Below are positions 48,743-59,607 of a stretch of DNA of 64,000 bases, piece after piece; position 1 is the stretch's first letter; the number at the start of each line of letters is the position of its first letter. This stretch comes from an uncultured Alphaproteobacteria bacterium (GTDB lineage Bacteria; Pseudomonadota; Alphaproteobacteria; Rhizobiales; Methyloligellaceae): assembly GCA_963764005.1 (NCBI GenBank), contig CAVXQX010000018.1:15775-79774 (forward strand), in the 5' to 3' direction. The notes beneath the pieces were generated by a model. It had not been told where the DNA came from and made no database searches. It saw only the letters and a program-made list of their open reading frames with translations. A program made the position numbers and the translations under genes.

Positions 48743-50547
48743 CTAGCGGATCGGCGCCGTGGCGTGACGGAGCCAGGGCCGGTCGTCGCTCTTCAACAGC
48801 GGCTCGATCTTGCGCCGCACTTCCGCATGATAGGAATCGAGCCACGCCTTCTCCTCGCGCGTGAGCATCGACGCATCGATCAGGCGCCGGTCGAACGGGA
48901 CAAGGGTAAGTGTCTCGAATCCGAGCATTTCTCGGGTGCCGCCTTCGATCGGGGCAGGCGGCGTCACCAGCACCAGATTCTCCAGCCTGATGCCATAGTC
49001 GCCTTCGCGGTAGAGACCAGGCTCGTTGGAAAGCACCATGCCCGGCTCCAACACCACGCTGCCGAGCTTGGAGAGCCGCTGCGGCCCCTCATGCACGTAG
49101 AGATAGCTGCCGACGCCATGGCCGGTGCCATGGTCGTAATCGAGCCCCTCCTGCCAGAGCGGGCGCCGCGCGAGACGGGTCGAGGTCTTGCCCACGCGTG
49201 CCCTTGGGAAACCTTGCCGAGGCGATGGCGATATGCCCCTGCAGCACCAGCGTATAATGGTGCCGCATCGCCTTGGTGGGGCTGCCGATCGCGATGGTTC
49301 GCGTGATGTCGGTGGTGCCGTCCGGATATTGGCCGCCGGAATCGATCAGATAGAGCGTGTTGCCTTTGAGCGGCCGCTTGCTCTTATTGGTCGGCCGGTA
49401 ATGCACGATGGCGCCGTTCGGGCCCACCGCCGAGATCGTGTCGAAGCTGATATCTTTGAGTTGCCCGGTCTCGCGGCGAAACGCTTCGAGCTTCATCGCG
49501 GCGCTGACCTCATCGAGGCGGCCCGAGCCCACATGATCGTCGAGCCAGGCGAGGAACCGCGCCATCGCCACCCCGTCGCGAATATGCGCGGCGCGCGCGC
49601 CTGCGATCTCCGTATCGTTCTTGATCGCCTTCGGTAGGGTGCAAGGATCCGACCCGGGCACGATCTTGGCGCCAGCCTCTTTCAGCGCTTGCGCGAAACG
49701 GATCGGCGCCGTCTCCGGATCGAGCCGGACGCGGGCATTGACTTGACCGAGCTCGGCGAATTTCGTTTCGAGCGCGTTTTGCGGCGCGATGTCGACGAAA
49801 TCTTCGAGATGGCCGCGGACATTGCCGCCGGCCTTGCTCGGATCGACGAACAGAGTCGGGCGTCCCTTGGCCGGCACGATGGCGAAGGCATCCGCCACCG
49901 GCGCGTGGCGGACATCGCCGCCGCGAATATTGAACAGCCAGGCAATGGAATCGAGCTGGGTCAGCAGCAAGGCGTCGGCTTTGTCCGCGACCAGCGTGGA
50001 TTGAATTTTGGCGATCTTGTCTTCGGCGCGCTCGCCCGCGAATTCCATGCCATGCGGCACGATCGGTCCAGTCGGGGATGCGGGGCGCTTCTTCCACAGC
50101 CGGTCGATCGGATTGGTCGCGACGGCCTCTAAAATGATGCCGGCCTTGCCGAGCGTCTCGCTCAGGCGCTCGATCTCGCGGATCGTGTGCAGTTTCGGGT
50201 CGTAGCCGAGCACGGAACCTTTAGGCAGCTTCGAGACAATCCATTGCGAGGGCCTGGCCTCCGGCGTCACCAGCACTTCGAACAGCGAAGTCTCCGCCTG
50301 ATCTCGTGCTTGCAAGGTGTAGCGGCCATCGACGAACAGCGCCGCTTCCTTCTCCAGCACGATCGCCGTTCCCGGCAGAGCCGGTGAAGCCGGTGAGCCA
50401 GCTCAACCACTCCGGGCCGGCCGAGTGCTCGTCGCCGTGCGGCACGAGAAAGCCGTTCAGCTTGCGGGCCTTCAGCGCGCGCCGGAGCGCGGAGACGCGC
50501 GCGCGGGTTGAACCGCCGCGCTCTTCTTCATCGAAGTCTTGATACAT
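48743..50547 (-). CDS. Xaa-Pro aminopeptidase (M24B), frameshifted
   Basis: WLTGFTGSAG, DGRY, DSGGQYPDGTTDITR, HGTGHGVG, HEGP and EPG motifs. Confidence 0.92.
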
Positions 50548-50596
50548 GGATATCAGTTCTATGCGGTCGCCCGGCCTCGATCAATCGTCACGGTTT

Positions 50597-51502
50597 TTAG
50601 CGTCTTTTCGCCATCAACAAGGTCGTCCAACCGTCGATAACGACTCGTCTTTTCAGCGCGAAGCCCAGCGAAACAAAGCGCGCCTGAAGGGCCGCCCCTT
50701 GCGCCTCGGTAATGCCGGAAAGGATGATGCTGCCGCGAGGGCCCAGCCTCCGCGCCAGCAACGGCGCCAGCTCGAACAGCGGCCGGAACAGGATATTGGC
50801 GAAGATCAGATCGAACTTGGCGCGCCGCAGCCTGGGATGGGCAAGACCCATCGCCTTCATCGACGTCGACCAGGGCGCCAGCTCGGTTCTTCTTGGCGTT
50901 CTCGCCAGCGACGGCGACGGCGATCCTGTCATTGTCGCTTGCGAGCACCTTGCGCCGCGACAGCCTCGATGCCGCGATGGCAAGCGTGCCGGCGCCGGTG
51001 CCGAGATCGAGCACGCGGGCGAAACGGCGGCGCTTCGAAATATGATCGAGCATGATCAGACAGCCAAGCGTGCTGGCATGATGCGCGGTGCCGAAGGCTT
51101 GGCCCGCGTCGATCTCGATGGCGTAGCGACTATGCTGGTCGCGCTCATGGCTGCCATGGATGATGAAGCGCCCGGCGCGCACGCTTCCGCGCTGCTGCTT
51201 GCGATAGCGTCACCCAATCCTGGTCTTCGAGCGGCTCGACGCGGAGCGAGGCCAGCTCCTCGCCATTCGCCGCCCGGCCAATCAGATCGAGGACGAAATC
51301 TGGAGCCAGACTCGCGGGCAGATAGATCGAGCTCTCGACGCGCGCGCCACCAAGATCGAACAACGCCACGGTGAGCGCCGCCGTCTCCTCCTCTTCATCG
51401 AGCGCCAACGCAATGCGCTCCGCGGCCTTGACCGAAACCTCGAACACGATTCTTCGCGGGCACGCTCGGCGCTTCTTCGATGGCGACAGTGGCGAGGCTC
51501 AT
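50597..51502 (-). CDS. prmA: Ribosomal protein L11 methyltransferase, frameshifted
   Basis: DQDWV, IDAGQAFGTAHHAST, DLGTGAG, DLIFANIL and ILSGI motifs. Confidence 0.88.
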
Positions 51503-51597
51503 TGGCTGCCTCTCGCCTTCCTCTGCTCATCCAGCATGTCTTCGGTCACCTCATCGGTTTTCGGCGCTAGAAATAAGAGAGTCCGTGCCCGCGACAT
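51499..51597 (-). CDS. Possible 32-aa small ORF translationally coupled to prmA
   Basis: MSRARTLLFLAPKTDEVTEDMLDEQRKARGSQ; its stop overlaps the prmA start as ATGA. Confidence 0.3.
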   Translation of the reverse strand: MSRARTLLFLAPKTDEVTEDMLDEQRKARGSQ

Positions 51598-51788
51598 CTT
51601 ATAGCGATTGTATTGAGGAAATCATCGCCAGACGGACTTGCCCCTTCTGGCGGCTATTCCTGCGGCCTTTCCTTGCACCCTGCACAAGATCCCCGGTTAT
51701 GCGGGAAATATGGAGCGCAATAGTCCTAGGGCGCGGGGCTCCGATCGCCTAGGCTATAAGTGCAAGCACTCAACAAGAGGGGGATCGT

Positions 51789-52805
51789 ATGACCGACATT
51801 CCCGGAGGCCCCAACACCAAGGCGGTGCTGGAGGGTGATGCGGGCGCAGGGGCGTTTTCCGGCCGGCTCGAATCCCCCGGCGATCGCGATTGGATCAAGG
51901 TCTCCCTGTCCTCTGGCACCACTTACGAGATCTTTCTTTGCTTTCTGAACGCTGGCTCGGCGACGGACGGAGATTCGACTCTGCGCGTGCACGATGCGAC
52001 CGGTGCCGAGTTGGCGTACAATGACGATCGCGCACTGAACGGCAGCGGAAATTCTGCGCTGTCATTTGTGGCGCCTTCGACCGGAACGTTTTTCATCGAT
52101 GTCGGCGAGTACCAGGACAACAACAAGGGCGCGTACAGCCTCTTCGTGTTGGACTTCTTTGGCATTGATAGCGAACTGACGCCCGGCCCCGACGCCCATA
52201 CCGGGTTAACAAATGAAAGGACACTCGGCGGCAAAGGCAATGATCAGCTCGGTCTCGGCGCCGGCGGCCGTCAGGCGCTCGGTGAGCAGGGCGACGACAC
52301 GATCACCGGCAACGACTTGCAGAATGTTATCTCCGGGGGTATCGGCAACGACACGATCGCTGGCGCGGCCGGTCAGGATTTTCTCTTCGGCGATGCCGGC
52401 AAGGATAATATTGACGGAGGCGACGATATCGACAGCATTTACGGCGGGGCGGGCAAGGACCGTCTGACCGGTGGTGGCGACGGCGACAGCTTCATTTATA
52501 GCGTCGTGACGGACAGCCGGAGCGGCGCGGCCAGGGACGTGATTACTGACTTTCGCTCGGCCGACGACATCGACCTGACCGCCATCGACGCCAAAATTGG
52601 TGGCGGCAATCAAGCCTTCAAATTCATCGGCGCGCAGGATTTTCACCGCAGCGCCGGCGAATTGCGCTTCGAGACCCAGAACCTGGCTGGCAAGGCCCAT
52701 GATCGCACCTTTATCCAAGGTGACGTGAACGGCGACGGTCGGGCGGATTTCGAGATTGAGCTCGTCGGCCTGCACAATCTGCACAAGGGCGTTTTCGAAC
52801 TGTAA
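51789..52805 (+). CDS. RTX/hemolysin-type Ca-binding secreted protein (PPC-like N-terminal domain, serralysin-like C-terminus)
   Basis: GDRDWIKV..YNDD..NSAL PPC-like domain; about 8 GGxGxD-type repeats; DLTAIDA..FIG..GELRF..GDVNGDGRADFEI type I secretion-type tail. Confidence 0.85.
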   Translation: MTDIPGGPNTKAVLEGDAGAGAFSGRLESPGDRDWIKVSLSSGTTYEIFLCFLNAGSATDGDSTLRVHDATGAELAYNDDRALNGSGNSALSFVAPSTGTFFIDVGEYQDNNKGAYSLFVLDFFGIDSELTPGPDAHTGLTNERTLGGKGNDQLGLGAGGRQALGEQGDDTITGNDLQNVISGGIGNDTIAGAAGQDFLFGDAGKDNIDGGDDIDSIYGGAGKDRLTGGGDGDSFIYSVVTDSRSGAARDVITDFRSADDIDLTAIDAKIGGGNQAFKFIGAQDFHRSAGELRFETQNLAGKAHDRTFIQGDVNGDGRADFEIELVGLHNLHKGVFEL

Positions 52806-52832
52806 GAATGGATCGGTGGCGGACGCCGAGCC

Positions 52833-54218
52833 TCAGCCAGGCTGGTTCTGTCCGGTGACGTTTCCATCCAACGTGTCGACATCGAGCAGCCGGTCCCAGA
52901 GCTGATCGAGATGGGCTTGCGCCGCATCCGCGCCAAGCGCGATCGCCATGCCTTTGGCGTCCTGCTCGACCAGGCCGTCAGCACTGAGCCTGCGCAACGC
53001 GTCGTCCGCGTCGAAGCTCACCTCAACGCCGCAACGCTTCGACAAGAAGGCGCCGATGTCCTCTTTCACCGCGTCGAGCTTGGCGGCCCGCCCGCGCCCT
53101 TTCGCCAGAAAGGCATAGAGCAGCATGTCTTCTTTGACGTCTTCTTCTTCCGCCGCGTCGGCGATCAGGGTCAGCGCGCCGCGATTATTCGCGAGGCTGC
53201 AAAAATACAGATTCTGCGCCAGCACCATCATGTAGCGATTACGCGTGTTGAAGAAATTCATCACCTGGCGGAATACCACGGCGCTGAAGCCGAGCAGCCC
53301 GAAGGCGAGCGTGAACGGATTGGTGGCGGCGAGGATTTTGGTGGCGGTTCCCATCACCCCGGCCGCGGTGCCGCCACCGCAGGTCACGAACAATTTGACC
53401 TTGTCCAGCGGCTTGAACGCGATCTTGGTATTGGGAAACAGCATCTCCAGATCGACCTGCGGGATGCGCTTGAACACTTTCACATAGATCTGGCTCGCGG
53501 ACACCCCGATCGGGAGCTGCCGTCGCCGCGACCGCACCATGCGCTCGGCCTTGGGCCGGTCGAGCTGCTTCGCCGCCATGATCTCTGTGACCCGGACATC
53601 CGAGGGTTTCAGCTTCAGCATCAGGAACAGACGCTGAAAAATCGGCACCTCGAAGCGATTGGTCTTGAGATAGAGCTTCCAGGGATCGCGCTCTTGCTCG
53701 ATCGCGACCTCGACGCCGCGATAATACAGCACCAGATCGTCGAACTCGCTCAAATCAACTTGCAGGCTCAAGCCGTGCGGCGAGCGCTCGGCGAGGATGC
53801 GCCGCAAATCGTCAGCCTCTAGCCGCACATAATTGGCTTGGATCAGCAGCGTCTCGACGCCGTCGATGAATTCGCGTCTCGCCTTCTCTTTGCCGGCCTC
53901 GTCGTACTCGATCAGGCTCGCGGTGTCGCTGTCGGGGCTGAACGGGAGGTAGTCCTCCAACAGATCGAGCAGCCTCATGCGATATTGCTGATGGCGCCAG
54001 GCCGCGAGACAGTCGAGCGCACGCTGCCATTGCCGCTCGTCGCCGCCATCTTGCTTCAGCATCTCGACCAGCTTGGCGCGCAATCCGTAGCGGCTGACGG
54101 GAATGAAATGCGCGTGCTTGGTGGCCGACCCCGGGTCTTGGCCCGGCCGTTCCGGCGCCGCTCCTTTGGTTGGAGCCGGCAAAGGTTCGGCTAGGACGAC
54201 GGTGGCGGCATCGGACAT
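52833..54218 (-). CDS. TMEM143 / DUF3754 family membrane protein
   Basis: HFIPV, YLPFSPDSD, IYVKVFKRIPQVDLEMLFPN, two TM segments, LYFCSLANN and AEEEDVKE motifs. Confidence 0.8.
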   Translation of the reverse strand: MSDAATVVLAEPLPAPTKGAAPERPGQDPGSATKHAHFIPVSRYGLRAKLVEMLKQDGGDERQWQRALDCLAAWRHQQYRMRLLDLLEDYLPFSPDSDTASLIEYDEAGKEKARREFIDGVETLLIQANYVRLEADDLRRILAERSPHGLSLQVDLSEFDDLVLYYRGVEVAIEQERDPWKLYLKTNRFEVPIFQRLFLMLKLKPSDVRVTEIMAAKQLDRPKAERMVRSRRRQLPIGVSASQIYVKVFKRIPQVDLEMLFPNTKIAFKPLDKVKLFVTCGGGTAAGVMGTATKILAATNPFTLAFGLLGFSAVVFRQVMNFFNTRNRYMMVLAQNLYFCSLANNRGALTLIADAAEEEDVKEDMLLYAFLAKGRGRAAKLDAVKEDIGAFLSKRCGVEVSFDADDALRRLSADGLVEQDAKGMAIALGADAAQAHLDQLWDRLLDVDTLDGNVTGQNQPG

Positions 54219-54228
54219 GCGAAAGACC

Positions 54229-54282
54229 TTAGAGCATGATCTGGAAGGCTGGGAACGGCTCTCAGAAAACATCGTGCTCTAA
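54229..54282. repeat. Degenerate RIME/BRU-RS1-like palindromic element
   Basis: TTAGAGCATGAT...ATCGTGCTCTAA terminal inverted repeat. Confidence 0.6.
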
Positions 54283-54350
54283 CAGCACCCTAGAGGTGTT
54301 TTGTGACTCAATCTTTACGCCCCGGCAAAAGCGGTTGCTCTTACGGCCTT

Positions 54351-55293
54351 TCAAGGGATGTAACCCAGCTTTGCGCGCCGCATCGCCGATGAAACCGAGG
54401 CTCGGGTAAAGCGCGGTGGCGAAGCTCCTTTTGTCGGCTTCGGCCTTTTCGACCTGGGCGGCATAGCTTCCCCAATGCGAGCTGATCACGCCGGCGAAAT
54501 AGAGCACCCCGTTCGGCCCTTCGACCAGCAGCGTGCCGCCGCTATCGCCGGGCATCACGCCCCAATCCGTGCACCACACCGAGAAGGGCAGCGCGCCGGC
54601 AATGTTGGTGTCGAGCTTGGCGCCCGGCGCCCGCGCATCGAGCGCGTCGTTGAAACAGGTCACCGGATCGCGAAGCTCCACACTGCGATAGCGCCGCGTG
54701 CCGACATGACCGCAACGCTGGTCCGCCGAACAATTATCCGCGCCGAACCCGATCATGACCCCCTTCGTGGCAAGGCCGGTCGCAAGCGCCTCGTCCATCG
54801 ACGGCGGCGACGCATCGCCGAGCGCGCGCCCCATGTCGCTCGGAAGTTTGGCGAGACTATTCGGCAGCGCCACCTTGATCGGCTCTTTGGTGATGATCAG
54901 CGCAAGATCGAAAGCGTAGCGTCCGAGCGCGTTGGGCTCGTTCGCTGTCGCCCGCCATTCCGGCGGCAGCAGAATTTCCTCCGCCGGCGTGCTCGTCATT
55001 TTTCCGGCGGCGACCGTCACCACGGCGAATTGCTTCACCGGCCAAGTGTCCTCGGCGAAGCGCCGCGCTTTCGCATCCACCACGCGGCCGACGCAATGCG
55101 CGGCCGTCACCACGATGCGCGGATAGAGCACCGTGCCGGAGCAGACCAGCCGTTTCCGGAATGTGATCTGCACCACATAAGGATAAACGTCATTCTTGTC
55201 GGCGACGCCGCCCGACAGCGCATGCGCGTCGGGAACGGCAATCGCGAAAAAGACGAGCGCCGCGGCGAGGACGCGAGAGACGGACACCATCAT
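54351..55293 (-). CDS. Secreted trypsin-like (S1) serine protease
   Basis: Signal peptide, CSGTVL..VVTAAHC, FDLALI and GDSGG catalytic triad motifs. The true stop is probably at 54351 (KLGYIP*) after an indel. Confidence 0.88.
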
Positions 55294-55345
55294 GCGTCAA
55301 GATAGGGACCTCTGACGCCAATACGCAAATGTCCGGATGTCTCGC

Positions 55346-55612
55346 TTATTGCGCCGCGGCCGCTTTCGGCTCGGTCAGAGATGACTGTTTGCCGAAACAC
55401 ACCCGCGCCGCCGCCTCGTGCTTGCAAGACCCGCCCGCTGGATTGCCGCAAGTCTGGTCGAGCATCGCCTTCTGGACGCAGGCGCCGTCAGGACCCCGCC
55501 AGCCTGAGCCGCCCTTGCAACCGCAGCCTTTGCAGCGGCAATCTTCGGCGGAAACAGGGGCAATCGAGGCAAGAAACACCAGGGCAACAGCTAAAAAAAG
55601 CGAGGCACGCAT
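55346..55612 (-). CDS. Secreted 8-Cys miniprotein of unknown function
   Basis: AGGAGG RBS and signal peptide; mature EDCRCKGCGCKGGSGWRGPDGACV..TCG..SCK..VCFG. Confidence 0.75.
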   Translation of the reverse strand: MRASLFLAVALVFLASIAPVSAEDCRCKGCGCKGGSGWRGPDGACVQKAMLDQTCGNPAGGSCKHEAAARVCFGKQSSLTEPKAAAAQ

Positions 55613-55641
55613 GGGACCCTCCTTTGCTGGAAGGAGGTAAT

Positions 55642-55656
55642 GTACACGTTTTGTTC
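55642..55656 (-). promoter_or_regulatory. Alphaproteobacterial LexA (SOS) box GAAC-N7-GTAC
   Basis: The minus strand reads AGAACaaaacgtGTACATT, 30 bp upstream of the miniprotein start. Confidence 0.65.
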
Positions 55657-55738
55657 TCAAGCCGAAACCGAAAAGTTGGAGTCTGGAAGAAATGCAACCA
55701 GGGTGCCTTTTTGCGCTATCGCTTCGCTACTTGAGCGC

Positions 55739-58085
55739 TCAAGCCCGCTCGACGAAACTGTCCACCACGCGCTTTTCCCCGGCTTTGTCGAACTCGACCG
55801 TGAGCTTGTTGCCGTCGACATGGGCGACGCGCCCGTAACCGAATTTCTGGTGGAACACCCGCATCCCGATCTCGAGCCCCGAGCCTTCAGCCGTGCTTGA
55901 GGCGGTGAGCGTGCCATCGATGGTGAGCGGCTCGCGCCGCCGCGTGGCCGGCGCTCCGCTTTGCGGACGATTGCGTTGCGCCCGCTGCCAGCCGGGCGTC
56001 TCGTAGAAGCCGGATGCGAATAAATTTTCGGCGCTGTCGAACCGGCTCGGACCGTAGCCGCCGTGAAAGCCTCGATCCTCCGCCACTTCGACATGGTCGA
56101 TCGGCAATTCGTCGATGAAGCGCGACGGGATCGCCTGCTGCCACATGCCGTGGTTTCTGCGATTCTGCGCGAAACTGATCTTGGCGCGCTTCCGCGCCCG
56201 GGTAAGTCCGACATGAGCGAGGCGGCGCTCCTCTTCGAGACCGGAGCGACCGGCATCGTCGAGGCTGCGCTGATGCGGCAACAAGCCTTCGTCCCAGCCG
56301 GGCAGGAACACGGTGTCGAATTCCAGACCCTTGGCCGAATGCAGCGTCATCAGATTGATGCGCTCGGTGCCTTCCTCCGCCTCCGCGTCCATCACCAGGC
56401 TGATATGCTCGAGGAAGCCGGCAAGCGTGTCGAACTCTTCCATGAAGCGGATCAGCTCTTTCAAATTCTCGAGCTTCGACTGCGCCTGTGGCGAGCGCTC
56501 CGCCTGCCACATCGCGGTATAGCCGGACTCATCGAGGATCAATTCGGCAAGATCGGTATGGCGCATGGTCTCGACCGATCCGCGCCAGCGGTCGAACGCG
56601 GCGATCAGATCGGCGAGGCCCTTCCGCGCTTTCGGTTTCAGCTCCTCGGTCTCGACGATCAGCCGCGCCGCCTGTGACAGCGGCACGCCGCGCGCGCGCG
56701 CCAATTGGTGCAGCGACTTCAGCGTGGATTCGCCCAAGCCGCGTCGCGGCGTATTGACGATACGCTCGAATTTGAGATCGTTCGCCGGGTTCATTGTCAC
56801 TTCGAGATAGGCCGTGGCGTCCCTGATCTCTTGGCGCTCGTAGAAGCGCGGGCCGCCGACCACGCGATAGGGCAGCCCCAGCGTGATGAAGCGATCCTCG
56901 AAGCTACGCATCTGGAACGAGGCCCGCACCAGGATCGCGATCTCGCTCAAGGACTTCGCCCTTGCGCTGCAGCTGCTCGATGTCCTCGCCGACCAGCCGC
57001 GCCTCTTCCTCGTCGTCCCAGCAGCCTCGCACTTCGACCTTCTCGCCGCTATCGCCGTCGGTGCGCAGCGTCTTGCCGAGCCGCCCCTTGTTATGCGCGA
57101 TCAGGCCGGAGGCTGCGCCGAGGATATTGGCGGTCGAGCGGTAATTGCGCTCAAGCCTGATGATCTTGGCGCCGGGGAAATCGGTCTCGAAGCGGAGGAT
57201 GTTGTCGACCTCGGCGCCGCGCCAGCCATAGATCGATTGATCGTCGTCGCCGACGCAGCAAATGTTGCGGCTGCCTTGCGCCAGCAGCCTGAGCCACAAA
57301 TATTGCGCGACGTTGGTGTCCTGATATTCGTCGACCAGCATGTAGTGGAACCGGCTCTGATATTGCGCGAGCACGTCCGGGTGGTCCTGGAACAGCCGCA
57401 AATTCTCCAGCAGCAGATCGCCGAAATCCGCGGCGTTCAGTTCCTTCAGCCGCTTCTGATACAGCACATAGAGATCGCGCGCTCTGCCATTGGCGAAGGC
57501 GAAGCTCTCGCCTTCGGGCACGCGCTCAGGTCTGAGACCCCGGTTCTTCCAGCCATCGATCATGCCTGCGAGCAGCCGCGCCGGCCAGCGCTTCTCGTCG
57601 ATATTTTCGGCTTGGAGCAGCTGCTTGAGCAGCCTGATCTGATCGTCGGTGTCGAGTACCGTGAACGACGGCTTGAGATCGACCAGCTCGGCATGGCGCC
57701 GCATGATCTTGACGCCGATGGCGTGGAAGGTGCCGAGCCAGGGCATGCCCTCGACCGCGCCGCCGATCAGCTGGCCGACGCGATTCTTCATCTCGCGCGC
57801 GGCCTTATTGGTGAAGGTGACGGCGAGGATCTGCGATGGCCAGGCGCGGCCCTGACTTAAAATATGGGCGATGCGAGTGGTGAGCACGCGGGTCTTGCCG
57901 GTGCCGGCGCCGGCCAGCACCAGCAGCGGCCCGTCTAGCGTCTCGACCGCCTCGCGCTGCTCAGGGTTGAGCGCCTCGAGATAATTAGCGTTGCCCCGCG
58001 GCATCGCACGCACGGAAATCGGCAGCGCCTCATCGTCGGATGCAGGCTCATTGGAGGGCGCGGGAAGGGGGCGAATCTTTGCCAT
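55739..58085 (-). CDS. uvrD: UvrD/PcrA ATP-dependent DNA helicase (1 indel)
   Basis: AGAGTGKT, VDEYQDTN, VGDDDQSIY, TLHSAKGLEF and EEERRL motifs; C-terminal HQKFGYG Tudor-like domain. Confidence 0.95.
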
Positions 58086-58297
58086 CGATCTAGAACTATA
58101 ACATTGATCGCAAAGGAAAAGACGGCAAGGGCTCGGCTGCTACTTTTCTTTGCAATGCTGCTCCGGCGTCGATTTGGCGCGTGGACGCCACGAAAAATTC
58201 ATGGAAACAACGCCATCGGCCCGGTTGCACCGCCGCCGGACCGCTGCTATGGGGGCGGCGTCTCATCACAATATTTCAGCCTAATGAGAGAGGGACC

Positions 58298-58681
58298 ATG
58301 CTGCGAGCGTCGAAGACTTTTGCCGCTATTCTTGGACTTTTCGGACTCCTCATTCTTGCGTCTGGCACAGCCGAAGCCGCTTGCCAGCTGATCAAGGCCA
58401 CCGCCAGTGCCGATTCCAAGGCGAATGCCGCCAAGGCCTCGCAGGCGCTTGCCGCTCAGACCGCGAACGAGATCAAGCAGCAGAAGGGCTGGAAATACGT
58501 CACCATGAGCGCGCGCACAGTCGCCGGCGATCCGTTCTGGAAGGCCGTGCGTCCGGATGGCGTGCCGCCGGAGGCGAAGCTCAAGGGCAACATCGTCACG
58601 GCGCGAACCTTCACCACCTGCTTTACCGGCGTGGTCGTGCCCTATGTCTGCACCTCCGGCTCGGCGGTCTGCGGGAATTAA
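58298..58681 (+). CDS. Hypothetical secreted protein with four Cys
   Basis: GAGGG RBS; signal peptide ending AEA; mature ACQLIK...TCFTGVVVPYVCTSGSAVCGN. Confidence 0.7.
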   Translation: MLRASKTFAAILGLFGLLILASGTAEAACQLIKATASADSKANAAKASQALAAQTANEIKQQKGWKYVTMSARTVAGDPFWKAVRPDGVPPEAKLKGNIVTARTFTTCFTGVVVPYVCTSGSAVCGN

Positions 58682-58810
58682 GCCCAACACTTCCTAGCGT
58701 CGTGCCCGCGGCAAAGCGGGCATGACGCTGGAAAGCTAGCCTCACCATCGCCACATCCTCTGGTAAGCATTCCAGCAACCTTTCGTGGTTGAATGCGTTT
58801 GAGGTGAGCG

Positions 58811-59461
58811 ATGGTGCAGAATTTCGCCTTTCCGCAATATACCGCGCCCGAGCGCATCGCGGATCTGTGCATCCACGCCATCGGCGTGACCGCCAGCGTC
58901 ATCGCGCTCGCAGCCCTCATTTTCATCGGCGTCGAATCAAAGACCGCGCTCTGGATCGTGGGCTTGAGCATCTATGGCCTAGCGCTCGTCGCCACCTTCA
59001 GCTTCTCCGCCGGTTATCACGTCGCCATGCGGCCCAAGCTGAAAGAGTGGCTGCGCCGGCTCGACCACGCCGCGATCTTCCTCATGATCGCCGGCACCTA
59101 CACGCCCTTCATTTTGATCAAGATGAACAATGCCTGGGGCCTTGGGCTCCTGGCCGTAGTCTGGGGCATGGCGGCGATCGGCATCGCCATCAAACTGTTC
59201 GCGCCGCGTTATCTCGAAGGCATCTCGACCGCGCTCTATCTGATGCAAGGCTGGGCCATTCTCGCCGCCTGGGAGCCGCTAACGACCGCCATGTCAGGTC
59301 AGGTCCTTACCCTGCTGATGGCGGGCGGTGTGCTCTACACCGTCGGCGTCGTCTTTCACCTCTGGGAGCGGTTGCCCTTCCAGAACGCCATCTGGCACGG
59401 CTTCGTGCTCTCCGCCGCGAGCTGCCACTACGCGGCCGTGATGGTCGCGGTGCATAGCTAA
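58811..59461 (+). CDS. Hemolysin III / PAQR family membrane protein
   Basis: SAGYH, LDHAAIFLMIAGTYTP and AIWHGFVL motifs. Confidence 0.93.
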   Translation: MVQNFAFPQYTAPERIADLCIHAIGVTASVIALAALIFIGVESKTALWIVGLSIYGLALVATFSFSAGYHVAMRPKLKEWLRRLDHAAIFLMIAGTYTPFILIKMNNAWGLGLLAVVWGMAAIGIAIKLFAPRYLEGISTALYLMQGWAILAAWEPLTTAMSGQVLTLLMAGGVLYTVGVVFHLWERLPFQNAIWHGFVLSAASCHYAAVMVAVHS

Positions 59462-59465
59462 GACA

Positions 59466-59571
59466 GCTGTCATGCCCGCGAAGGCGGGCATCCAGTGATC
59501 AGCAATCAGCTGCGTTTTCACTCGTCCGCACTCTAGCTTCACTGGATCACCGCTTTCGCCGGAATGACAGC
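59466..59571. repeat. REP/MITE-like element, same family as 13978-14081
   Basis: GCTGTCATGCCCGCGAAGGCGGGCATCCAGTGA ... TCACTGGATCACCGCTTTCGCCGGAATGACAGC. Confidence 0.8.
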
Positions 59572-59607
59572 CAGGCACATGACGCGTTCAATCGAACCGA
59601 TTAGACT

